Positions 40,570-52,456 of a stretch of 64,000 nucleotides of DNA are shown here, one piece after another. The stretch comes from Sarea resinae (taxonomy: Eukaryota): positions 1 to 64,000 of the forward strand of contig JAPEUD010000023.1 of NCBI GenBank assembly GCA_026026165.1, read 5' to 3'. How positions within the stretch are numbered: the stretch's first letter is position 1; every line of letters begins with the position of its first letter. Under the pieces are notes generated by a model. It saw nothing but the letters and a program-made list of their open reading frames with translations, did not search any database and was not told where the DNA came from. A program made the translations under genes and the position numbers.

Positions 40570-43500
40570 TTGTGCGTCGATAACACATGGACTTTCACGA
40601 CTGACGATGTTAGATTTGATACCTTTTGGATTTGCAGTATTATGACGACAGATGGTTCGACAGTGTGTTGATGTATCGGCGTCTTTTGGCGAAGAAAAGT
40701 ATTTACATTGGTGGAGCGTGCGGTTGAGCCCAGTGAAACACGATCTTTTATTGAGCGGTTCTCAATAGTATCCATCAGCTGAATTGCAAGCGTGACATGA
40801 CAGACTCTTGTGAGCCATGCTCTACGATGAATGTGACTTTGAAAGGGAGTTCGAACTTCGCCTTGAGAAATTGCAGCCTGGAGAACGACATTTTGCTCTA
40901 CGGCTTCGGGACAATGCCGATTAAGCTGGGGAGGTGATTGCTTATGGCTGATATGTGGTAGGAAGGCGATAGTGATTGAGCTTTATAAGTGCAAGCTCCT
41001 TCATTAATGGTGAAGGCATAGCGGCATGGTATCACATGTCAGAATGCTGAGCTGTGAGTGAAGACTGACCACGGATACCGGTAAGTTTGTGTCAATGTGG
41101 TCGTTACATGGATCCTCCAAGTGGGTTCTCATGGGCGACCTCATCAATTTAGCATTGCTATGCTCCAACTGGGTCCAAAATAGTATTCCATGCAAAGCTC
41201 CTAACATTATTGAGCACTCAGCTTGTTGATGTAAGCAGGTAGCCGCCGCGGAAAGAGCATGCTAGGGTGTCAGTGGTTCCGCTGGTCGTTGGGAAGATGG
41301 TCATGGCTTCTCCAGGGCTACCAAACGCCAATTCTATGGAGCACAGTAGCCAATTGTCGCACGGCAGATAGCGCATCGTTCAAGCAAGGAAGTGCTCATG
41401 CGTATTTCGCAGTGCGGAAGTTTACAGTGCCTTTATCCCACACGAATATTCTGTACGGAATACAGAGAGGAACGCGCAGTGTCCTGTCCAAGCCAAGTCA
41501 TACAAGAACAGCAAGGGGGCACATTCCATCTGCCGAACCCCGGTTTAAGTTGGAAAGTCCTCGTATAAGGAGACTTTATCCTCCTCGCTGTCGGCCTAAT
41601 AGAAGACTATGTAAGAACCACAGCATGATCGTACAATAACACACTCGAGCGATGATATCGCAACCCACAGTATCCCCAATGGGATCATGCGTAAACTTGG
41701 ACGGTACTCGGTACGCACTGTACTTCGTACTCCGTACATAGTCTTTTGTGTCGATCGGCTCGCCGTATCATTCGTGATTGGGGATTTCGCACGCTGACCA
41801 GCGACTGGTGTCATTCGCGAACCGGGGTAAGAAGGTGTTCGGCGCCTCGGTTGCCCATATTCTTTCTGCCTTCCTTCTAGAACGCTTTAAGAGTCAGAGC
41901 TGTTGTCTGTTGTTTGCTAGCGGGAGCGTAGTGGCGTATGAGCGAAAGCACAGACGATGCAAGCTTTACTAATGGATGGATGCTTGGGCCATCGACTATG
42001 TAAAGCATATATTTGTGCTCGAAAGCTGTGTGCTTCATATAAATAGCGAGTCAAAGTTTAGAGGGAGTAAGAGAAAAGTAAGCCTGCAAGTTCTCAGAAT
42101 GTTAAGCTGAGTTCAAGGCGCCGAAGACGTTTATAATATGTCTGTTTTGAAAAGAAGCTCTCTTCCCTAGGACCTACCATATACACAGTAGGCGGACGTT
42201 CATTTCTGGTAGCCTGTAAAGGACACAGACAGAGATACTAACGTCGGCCGTATTGTCGGCCGCGTCGCCGTTCTCTGACAACAATAATGCTACTTCAGTA
42301 CTCCCGAGTAGTGTACTCGGAGTAGTGCCTCCCACCAGTCACGAACGTTCGGCGTCAGTTTCGAGAGTGGGGTGGATGGCCACTACCGCGCAGTACTCCA
42401 TAGACGTCCAGAGTAGGTGTATCTGGACGAAAAAGTGCAAGGTTTAGACTCAGGACAGGTTCTTGGTTCATCCATGATACCTACCGTACCAAAGAAGAGG
42501 AATCAGAACTACCTCCTAGCCTAAGGTGGGTAGGTAGGTACTAAGGTAGGTACTACAGAGTAAGTTGAGGTACTAAAAGTACGGGGACACCTTCCTCTTT
42601 AGTAGCACTTCGTAATGGGCGTACTACCTTATGTAGAGCATAAGGTGGTATTTTTATGCGATTATTTCTTACATGCCCTGTAAATGGTAATGATATACAA
42701 GGTAAATCTGACAGAAACAGAGCGTATCTTACTCGTATGGTCATGGCGCCAGGAAAGCTCGAGGAACTTTTAGTAGAGTACCACTACTCAAACTTCACAG
42801 ATCATTAGAATCTTCTACTATGTCACCTGTTCTCCAATTAGGTACTATGAGAAGTGGCAGAGTATCCGTTTCCATACTCACCTACCTCAAGGTAATGATT
42901 ATAATGCCTACCGAATAGGTGCGGATACCTTACCATCCATGGTGACATCGTTGTAGCCCTCGGCCGTCTCGCCTCGTTTCATTTCATCTCATCTCATCTC
43001 GATTCTTCCAGGTCCTGTTTTCTCTTTGTCCTCCTGACTCTCATGGCTCTCATGAGCAGTCTGCCACTTTTTGTCAGGGCGGAAACAGAGTCTACTGGCG
43101 ACCTCAGAGAGCCCACAGACCGGGCAGAACTTTCTGTCATTGCTTGAGAAAGGTGCAGTGCTACACCCCCTTACTCGAATGTTACGAAACGAGAGGGACG
43201 ATGATAATGAAGGAGGAATAAGGTCTTTGCTACCGCGCCTAGGTGGCTAAGAACCCTAGACATATAGGTATACACAAATGAGCCAGTGATGACGATGTAT
43301 GAAATGTCCCCCTTTACGATCTCGTTCCGGTGGGGGCAATTGCCTCAAGGAGTATGTCCTTCGTGATGGATAGAATTCGGACTGCAAGTAGTGACTGGAC
43401 CCTGAATTCGTTCCCTCAGTGGAGCACCTATCTCACTACTACCTCCCGTAACTCGACTTCGTATAGAGTAGGTAGGTAGCACCTATTAAAGTGCAAGGTA

Positions 43501-44410
43501 CTAAACTTGTACATACTCTTTCTCACTAGTACTAGCGACTCGCCCTATCTTTGCCACTAAATCAGGTACTGTCTACCTTACTTTATCCTCCACCACCTCC
43601 ACCACCAATCCCGATTCTGCTCGTTTCAGCTCCAACCTCTCACGATCCGCCTCTCCTTCTCACTACTACTTTCCGCTAACCTTACCTTTACTCTCACCCT
43701 TACCCTCACGCTCATTCAGCACCAACTCACCGCATCCCTCTCGGACAACCCATTTCGTCTACGAGATCAATCGTCGACTGTTGGATCGTGACGTCGACTC
43801 TCGAATTGGTTCTGACGGCCCTCTTACCCTCTTATCTTTCGACCGTCGGCACTGCCAATTACTCTGTCGCGATATCCTGGTCGCATCTTCCTGTGGTCAA
43901 CTCACCATTTAAGCTGTGGTCAAACTGCCATCTTCTTGACTGGTCTTGGAGGTGGTATAACCAGAGGACTACGGAAGACATCAGCGGCTCTGTCTCTCTC
44001 TACAGCTTTGCTAAGACTCACGACCAAGCCGCTCGAACTTCAATCTAGACGTGACGATTGAAGCGCCAACCTTACACTTTCATTCGCGGCATCTGGGGTC
44101 TGACAGACACTTCAAATTATTTGTGTGGTACGTGATTTTAGTTTTTAATCTAATACTTCTCAGTTCACACCGGTTGCTTCAATCAACAGGACTTGTGGTC
44201 AAGAGTCCTTGCGCAAAGCCAAGGTATTGCCGCTCAGGTCAATCCAGATAGCACTTCGGTGTCCTTTTCAGTACTGGAGTCATTTCTACAAGCACTGCTG
44301 ACTTGTAATCGAGACCAAAAGACCTCAGATCGGGTGTGCCATCTGCGTGACCGTATCGGATACCTTAGCCAGCGTGATTCAGCTCGGAGACACCCGTATA
44401 GATCGCCAGG

Positions 44411-45717
44411 ATGGGTTGTGGAATGAGCACAGAGGATAAGGAGGGGAAGCAGAGAAACGAGGAGATTGAGAATCAGCTTAAGCGGGATAAGATGATGCAG
44501 CGCAACGAGATCAAGATGCTTCTGCTCGGTCAGTGCTCCAGCTCCGCATCGACTCAGGGTGAAGTTAACGATAATTGTAGGCGCTGGAGAGTCTGGCAAA
44601 TCTACTATCTTGAAACAGATGAAGCTCATTCACGAAGGTGGCTACTCTCGAGACGAGCGCGAGTCGTTCAAGGAAATCATCTTCAGCAACACTGTGCAAT
44701 CGATGCGAGTCATCCTTGAGGCTATGGAGTCTTTGGAATTACCTTTGGACGACCAACGAGCCGAGTATCACGTCCAAACAATCTTCATGCAGCCAGCTCA
44801 AATCGAAGGCGATAGTCTGCCACCGGAAGTTGGCAGTGCGATTGAGGCTCTATGGAATGATGCGGGTGTCCAAGAATGCTTTAAGCGGTCTCGGGAATAC
44901 CAGCTCAATGACTCTGCTAAGTAGTGCGTGCTCAAGCTCCTAGAGATCTTAACGCCTGAAACATAATATGTGATCCGTGTGCTAACCAGTTCGTGGTTTT
45001 TAGCTACTTCGACTCTATCTCTCGCATCGCCCAACCCGACTACTTGCCAAGCGATCAAGATGTCCTACGCTCGCGTGTTAAGACAACGGGTATCACCGAG
45101 ACGACATTCATCATTGGCGATCTCACCTACCGCATGTTTGATGTTGGCGGTCAGCGTTCAGAGCGAAAGAAGTGGATCCATTGCTTTGAAAATGTCACGA
45201 CCATCCTTTTCTTGGTTGCCATTTCCGAATATGACCAGCTACTTTTCGAAGACGAGACAGTCAACCGTATGCAAGAAGCCCTTACCCTCTTCGACTCCAT
45301 CTGCAACTCGAGATGGTTCATCAGAACGTCTATCATTCTGTTCTTGAACAAGATAGATCGATTCAAGGAGAAGCTTCCCGTGAGCCCTATGAAGAATTAC
45401 TTCCCTGACTACGAAGGTTCGTACTGGCCTCACAACGGCGCCTTGGGTGTTGCTAATCCTACTGTTAGGTGGTCCGGACTATGCTTCTGCATGCGACTAC
45501 ATCCTGAACCGTTTCGTCTCCTTAAACCAACACGAAACGAAACAAATCTACACCCACTTTACCTGCGCTACTGACACCACTCAAATTCGCTTCGTTATGG
45601 GGGCCGTAAATGGTGAGTACCTATCTGTACCCATCAGAAAAGCAACAATGATGCTGACGCGACCCCTTTATAGACATCATCATACAAGAGAATCTCCGTT
45701 TGTGCGGTCTGATATAA
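44411..45717 (+). CDS. GNA1: Heterotrimeric G-protein alpha subunit, group I (FadA/GNA-1/GpaA type)
   Basis: Exons 44411-44528, 44581-44921, 45004-45416, 45469-45613 and 45674-45717. Motifs [35 protein letters not shown] and C-terminal NLRLCGLI. Confidence 0.97.
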
Positions 45718-47151
45718 GCAAGCAGGTGACCGCATATGTAGAATGGTGTCCGATTGATGAAGTGAGAAGATTCTAGGCCGAATACGACGAGGTCTTTACA
45801 AAGCGAAGATTCAATCTTCTGGGTGTTATGTTTAAAGAAACTCATAGTCCATCTCTAACGCGTGTGCTCTTCTGCTCGCGCATCCATCCAGATGTCAATC
45901 GTCTCTACCTGTCGGATCCGGAGAAGCTGTTTTCTTCATTAGCCGCCACCGCTGGACCATCTCGATTGATTGCGAGCGGGAACATGGCAACCATTGATTG
46001 TCGCTGCGATATGGATATGCGCGCACAGTTCCCTCATTTCCATTCCATTTCATAGTGAGCGGGCGCCACTTTGTGGTCATTCAGTCCCACAGGCCGTCAG
46101 TCACTTTAGCCTTGTCTGTCCAGCCTTACCTACTAATAGTGGTATCCTTTGGCTAGCATGGAGGTGTGTCTGCATCGGCGAACAGCGAGTTCCCCGCTTT
46201 CTTTTACCAGCACCTTCCCTGGCCCCCCTAAACCTTACATTTCTTCTTTTGCCCTCTTCTTTCTAATTCTCCTTTGTTCTTGCGAAGACTATTCTATTAT
46301 TTTTTTGACATAGTGGATACCATTACTCCGTCGTGCTCGGGGGGAAATCGAATTGAAATCACTTGAACTTCCTGGCTAATTGGAGCATTGATGAGTATGC
46401 ATGATATGCCGTCTTCTTCGGATAGAAGAGATGGGCGAAGACTCTTGCACTAGAGTCCCAGCCGACCCGTACCTCGAACTTTAGAAGCCCGGTCTGGAAT
46501 CTCCCAATGTCAATGATCAAATTGCTTGATAGGCGTCTGATATGATTCGACGACGTATTTCGTTTTAGGTATGGAACGCGCGTTCCAATTTACACGTGCA
46601 GAATTTTTGGGCGGTGCAGTGAAAAGGAAAGGGAGACAGATTCAAGGCATGACACTGCAATGATGTAAATGTGCAGAGGGAGACCAATGAATGGCCAAGG
46701 ATTGGATGGATGATAACGGCTCATCAATAAAATCGAAAGTCATAGAAGAAAGGGCCGCGCCATCGCCGAGGGTATCGAGCAATAACATATATTATAAGGC
46801 GTGTGTTACATACAAGAGTTTGACAAAGTTTCTTCGCTATAACCCACCTATTCGTCTATGCTGTTCAAAGCCTTCTTCTAAACGAATCGAACTGAATGGC
46901 CTCACTTACGAGCGCGAAGGGAGAACTGGAGGCAGAGCAAAGAGCAAGGATCAAATAAGAGAGTGCAGGCAATCGTACTATCCTCCCCCCCGCCGCCCCC
47001 CCGCCGCCCCCCACACACACCCCCGCTGCACTCGCGTCAAGCCGCACCTGGAGGATTAATGCACATCTATGTTGGCGGAACTAATTGTTTCAAACGAAGA
47101 GAAGGGTGATGACAGCCTCGAAAGACGATTCGGCTGTTAAAGGTCAGGTTG

Positions 47152-48885
47152 TTACGAGTTGAGCTGAACGTAATTCCCTATCAGATTATCGTACAGTTAG
47201 CATTGCCATGGGCAAAATCTCTCTTCCTCAACGCGGATGAGGCATTGGCAGATGGTACTTACCCGGAAATTGTCCCTCCCTCCCATGTACCCGTCCTGAC
47301 CACCACTCGTTGTCATTTGCAGTCCTCTGCACAATTTCAATAATATCGCCCGTCGTGAAGCTAAGGTCTCCTTCCGCTTGGGCCTCGTAATCGTACAGTG
47401 CGGTCACGGTTTCAACCGCAGGCACACCAGAGAGCCTCGAGGGCTTAGGCTTTGGTGGCGGTGGTGCTGCACCCTTGGCTTTCGCCGCGGTATTCCACGG
47501 GCTGTTCGTGCTGTTGGCACGGCCAAGATTGGCAGAGCTCGATGAAGGAGAATTAGAAGACAGGACAGGGCTGTATGGTGGTGGTGGATTTTCGACAAAG
47601 TCATGTGTTTGTCGCCGCGAGGGCGTGCCAGAAGTTTTGTTCTCGATCGCGAGTTTTGATCCCGGGACGTATTTCTGGCCTGGCTTCCTGCCTCCAGTAG
47701 TCTTATAGTGTACGATCGTGAGCGCCTCCGCCTGCTCCTGGATATCCCCTCGCTTCTTTTCGAAAGCCGCCTCCACGTCAAGAGTCAGGTCGAAATAGCC
47801 AATGTCGAGGCCTTGAAACCTCTCGTGGAGAGTATAGAAGACATTCAGCTGCATATAATAGAATGATTGAAAGAGGGGCCGGATGAATTCTCTTTCTAAT
47901 TCGAATAATTTCGGAAGCTCCTCCTTCAGTAGATCGTTAAAGTAGTTGAACTCCTGCGTGGCCTGTTCGACGTCTGCCTCCGCCCTGTACAAGGCCTTCT
48001 CATCCTTCAATGTCTTGTCTTTCTTGTCTTGAAGTTTCTTCAGCGTAGCTCGATGGCGGTCGTAGTCCAATTGCTTATGCTGCCGCTTGGTGGCGCTCTT
48101 TCTGATCACCTTGATGACCTCCAGAAGCTCATCAGCTGGCCTGATTACCCGCGTCTCAATCATTTCAAGTTCCGGTTGTAACGTAGCAAGGAGCTCTCGG
48201 ACAATAGACTCGTACTCTTCGCACGCCCGAATGCCTTCAGGATTTCCCTCCGGTTTCGTGGAATCCGGATCAGATACTCGCCCAGAGATGGGCTTGTAAA
48301 TCTCGGCAATAGCTTTCGAGAACTCGATCTGGTGGTTAAGCATACCTACATTGCAATTTAGTGGCTAATTACGCGCGGACTTGATGTATTTCCAACCGAC
48401 CAGTTATTGCGTCGAAGTACCTACGGAGAATCAGCTTGAGATCTATCAATGACGTTGTTTCATGCTTACTTCTTCGACTCGTCGTGAAGTTTCTTCGTCT
48501 CCTGCATTGGCGCAAATGTGCATTAGCTTGCGGATTTCAAGGGTAATCAAGCCAACGTACCTTCTCCAGTTCCTGAAACCTCCTCTCCGCGTCCAGGTAA
48601 ACCGGATCCTTTGTATTTTCCCCCTAGGTATCGCATCGGTCAGCTGCTGGCTGTGCTTTTGGTTCCAGCCTCAAAATGGCTTTTCGACGCGCATCTAATG
48701 GAGCAGGATACTCATATCTTCAGGCAGGCAGCTTACCAAGTTGAACCTTGCTTTGAGCGTTTGTGGGGCCTGTCAGCATGTCAGTCTTTGGTGTTCCGTG
48801 GAGACGGTCTGGATGAAGTCATCCAAACAACGCGGAAGGCTTTGCCTACCCGGACAACGCCCTTCTGGAACCCTTTCCAACTCAT
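47152..48885 (-). CDS. RVS167: Amphiphysin-like BAR-SH3 protein Rvs167
   Basis: MSWKGFQKGVVR|APQTLKARFNL|GENTKDPVYLDAERRFQELEK|ETKKLHDESK|YFDAIT|MLNHQIEF BAR domain. C-terminal SH3 ALYDYEAQAEGDLSF..WWSG..GQFP|GNYVQLNS. Confidence 0.93.
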
Positions 48886-49903
48886 ATCGACCACTGTAAC
48901 AGAAAGCTAGGTCTGAAGACGTTTCGACGCGGGGCAAGAGCTGAGAGAACGAGACCTCTGAATATTTATAATGGTCGATTGAAACGGGGCTGCAAAATGA
49001 ATGAAAGCTGTAGTCGTTTCGTGGTCTTCAACCTGACAGGAAGACCTTCTCTGACGCCGTAGCACAAGCCCAGCGTGCGCGATGACGATGACAGGGAGGC
49101 TTTGCGCTTGGCCCTGGCGCCACTTTAGCGAACGAGGACGAAGATGAGGCTGTGTTTAGTCCGACTCTGTTGCCCAAGCGTCTGGCCAGTGATAAAGTAA
49201 GTAAGATGCGTACAAATGATCGAGATATAAATCTTGCAATCGAGAACCTTACGATGTTGTGTAATAGTAGTGCTACTGTGAGGGTGGGAATGGGCGGTGG
49301 TGGTACCTGATCATTGATCGTTGATCATTGATGATTTGTGTGTGGCCCCTCGGCCTCATGCCTGCACGCATGGCACTCTAACATTGATCCAGGTCAGTCC
49401 TCCGTACGCATACGGAAGCTTCCTGATGGACGGGGAACGGGCAATTCCGTGGGCCGCTCCAAAGTACTTGAGAGGTACCTCGCGCCGTCCGGTGGGCGAG
49501 AAGACGACTCCGGAAGTACTCCCGACCCCTCGGACCTCACCTGCACGCGCCTTTGACCGCCCTCGTTCACCGTATCGCCCCTCTCTACGTAGTACTCCGG
49601 AGTACTTCTAGCCCCGTCCACGTGGATTAGGTAAGATAACCCGCAAGACGATCTTATAAGATTACCACCGCAAACCTGGGAACTTACCTTATGTGAGCAT
49701 CAACACTTTCGCCCCAGGCGTCATTCTACCTAGCTTACCTCGCCTCCAGAGTAGGTACGGTGATATCAAGGTGGTCTTGACCTCTTTTCCACTGGAGTTC
49801 GCCTTCGCCCTCCACTCCACACCTACTTATTGTCACCCCTACGTGACTTTCATCATTCCTCTATCTGTTGCTCCCAGTCTTGGTCACAATTTAATTCATC
49901 GAC

Positions 49904-51754
49904 ATGTCTAGCGTCGTCCCTTCGGCGACACGACACGCCTCGAGACTCTGCTCTCGTCGGCTACCCTCCTGCAACTCTTTGACCAGAAGTCCGACTCATC
50001 TACGAGTATCATCGGCTCCGCTTAGTGCATCGCGAATTGCCCACAGACGAACGTATGTGTCCGAGTCCAAGAAGGACAGTGCTCAGGTCAATGTCGAGAC
50101 TGCCATCAAGGCCGATCAGAAGGCTTTCCTGTCTCAGACCGGATCGAAGCCTGAGAATGTAAACGTCCAAGGGACTTCAGTGGATGGAGATGCCATGATG
50201 AGTCCGGTAGCAGGTATTGTATCTCCACCCATAATCTGATTGGCCTCATTTGTTGATTACGTTATGCTAGGTATTCTCAAGCAGGCAACGGTCATGGATG
50301 AAGGCGCCCGTCCTATCTATCTGGACATGCAAGCTACCACTCCAACCGACCCTCGTGTTCTTGATGCCATGCTTCCCTTCTTTACTGGCCTATATGGGAA
50401 CCCTCACTCCCGTACGCACGCTTACGGATGGGAAACCGACAAGGCTGTAGAGCTTGCTCGTGCACACGTCGCGAGTCTCATTGGTGCTGATCCTAAAGAG
50501 ATCATTTTCACTAGCGGGGCGACAGAAAGCAACAACATGAGTATAAAGGGCGTGGCAAGGTTCTTTGGCCGATCCGGCAAGAAAAAGCATATCATTACTT
50601 GCCAGACGGAGCATAAATGCGTCCTGGATAGTTGTCGACATCTTCAAGACGAAGGATTCTCGGTGACTTATCTGCCAGTCCAAAGCAATGGGCTTATCAA
50701 GATGGAAGATCTAGAAGCAGCCATTCGACCAGAGACCGCACTTGTCAGTATCATGACCGTAAACAACGAGATTGGTGTAGTCCAGCCGGTTGAGGAGATT
50801 GGCAAATTGTGCCGGTCAAAGAAGGTCTTTTTCCATACCGATGGAGCTCAAGCAGTTGGAAAAATACCCATCGACGTAAATAAGTGGAATGTCGATCTCA
50901 TGTCAATCTCTTCTCACAAAATCTATGGACCGAAGGGTATTGGAGCCTGCTATGTCAGAAGACGCCCGAGAGTCAGAATCGATCCCATCATTAGTGGAGG
51001 AGGGCAAGAAAGGGGATTGCGGAGTGGCACCTTAGCTCCCCCCTTGGTTGTAGGATTTGGGGAAGCCTGTCGGATTGCCAAAGAGGAGATGCCGGTAAGT
51101 TCTATCAGTACACTTTCACAGCTCCAGATGTTTTTATTTTCTTTATGAAGGGATGAAATGCTCTTTTCATGCATGTTTTACTGAGCACTTCAACGCAGTG
51201 CCTGTGTTCTTTTGCCACTTACGCGTCAAAAGGTGCTTGATGACAAGAGCAGGGGTTCTGATCAACTATTAATCCTTCGGCGTCGCTAGAGAAATGCCAA
51301 AGAATGCTGTTGCTAACAATTTCCCATCTAGTATGATACAAAACGCATCTCAGCTTTGTCCCAGCGTCTGTTGAGCGGCCTGCTTTCCCTTGAGCATACC
51401 TCTCTCAATGGAGATAGAGAACGTCACTATCCAGGATGCGTCAACGTTTCTTTCGCTTACGTGGAAGGCGAGTCTTTACTTATGGCACTCAAAGACATTG
51501 CGCTATCTTCAGGAAGTGCGTGCACCTCAGCGTCTCTAGAGCCAAGCTATGTCCTTAGAGCTCTGGGCAGCAGCGATGAGAGCGCTCACAGCAGTATTCG
51601 TTTCGGAATCGGGAGATTCACGACAGAGGGGGAGATTGACTATGTGCTCAAAGCAGTGAAGGAGAGGGTGACGTTCTTGCGGGAGCTTAGCCCGCTATGG
51701 GAGTTGGTCCAAGAAGGGGTCGACTTAGATAGTATCGAATGGAGCCAGCATTGA
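49904..51754 (+). CDS. NFS1: Mitochondrial cysteine desulfurase Nfs1
   Basis: Exons 49904-50213, 50271-51094 and 51332-51754. Arg/Ser-rich presequence, [19 protein letters not shown] (PLP lysine), SSGSACTS (catalytic Cys) and the IEWSQH terminus. Confidence 0.97.
51146..51264 (+). ncRNA. Candidate intronic box C/D snoRNA
   Basis: In the 237-nt NFS1 intron (51095-51331): C-like GGGATGA at 51150-51156, D' CTGA at 51181-51184, an internal hairpin, C' TTGATGA at 51237-51243 and D CTGA at 51258-51261, 70 nt from the 3' splice site. Confidence 0.68.
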
Positions 51755-52456
51755 TCTTGCTGCACAGGGACTGGCTGGCGTTGGAGGACGATACTGGTAA
51801 TTAGGGCTGAATTGCTACCTGGGCCGCTCATTTCTTTTTTCCGAGTGATTTTCCATTTGCTACGTACAGATGTCCGATGATTAGGAATATCACATAACGC
51901 GAGGTCGCCCCTTCAGGGAGGAGCATCATACTAGCAAAGGATCGTTGAATGCCGTATCGTGGCGGACCTCAGGGTTCCCGCCTGCGAGGTACAAAGTACC
52001 TTACAAGCCTCACTACTCAGTGCGCACTCGGAGTACAACTACCTCCAACTAGCTGCTGCATCATCGCTTGGCGACAACCCGGGCTCGTGCTTGACAGTCG
52101 ACGCAAGCTACTACTATGAAGTACTCCGGATTACCTGTATCCACGGATGTAGTATTATTGAGGTACTTCGTACTTTGAAGCTACCACATACCGCCCAGTT
52201 CGCTGCTACCAAGGTGTCTTACCTGACGGAGTATTACCTCTTGATGAATAATGCCTTGATGAGCTCTAGTCATTATGAGGAATGAATTCAATGATATCAA
52301 AGATCCAATACCCAACACCCAACGTCGCCTTGAGGTCATCACGCAGAACCATATGGTCCCAGTTGCGTCGTAAATACGGACCCTCTTTGCTCTTTCGCTC
52401 TCGATCCCTTCGCCGATGGACATTCACAGCGACAACAAGCTATATCTACAGCTGAG

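Noticed and set aside
40700..42500. Short ORFs between the copper-fist gene and G-alpha
   Set aside because: No coherent exon chain or recognisable domain could be built on either strand.
34825..51754. tRNA wobble-modification cluster (KTI12 plus NFS1, with EFM7)
   Set aside because: The functional link is real, but the genes are separated by unrelated loci and show no shared motif. Chance neighbourhood is sufficient.
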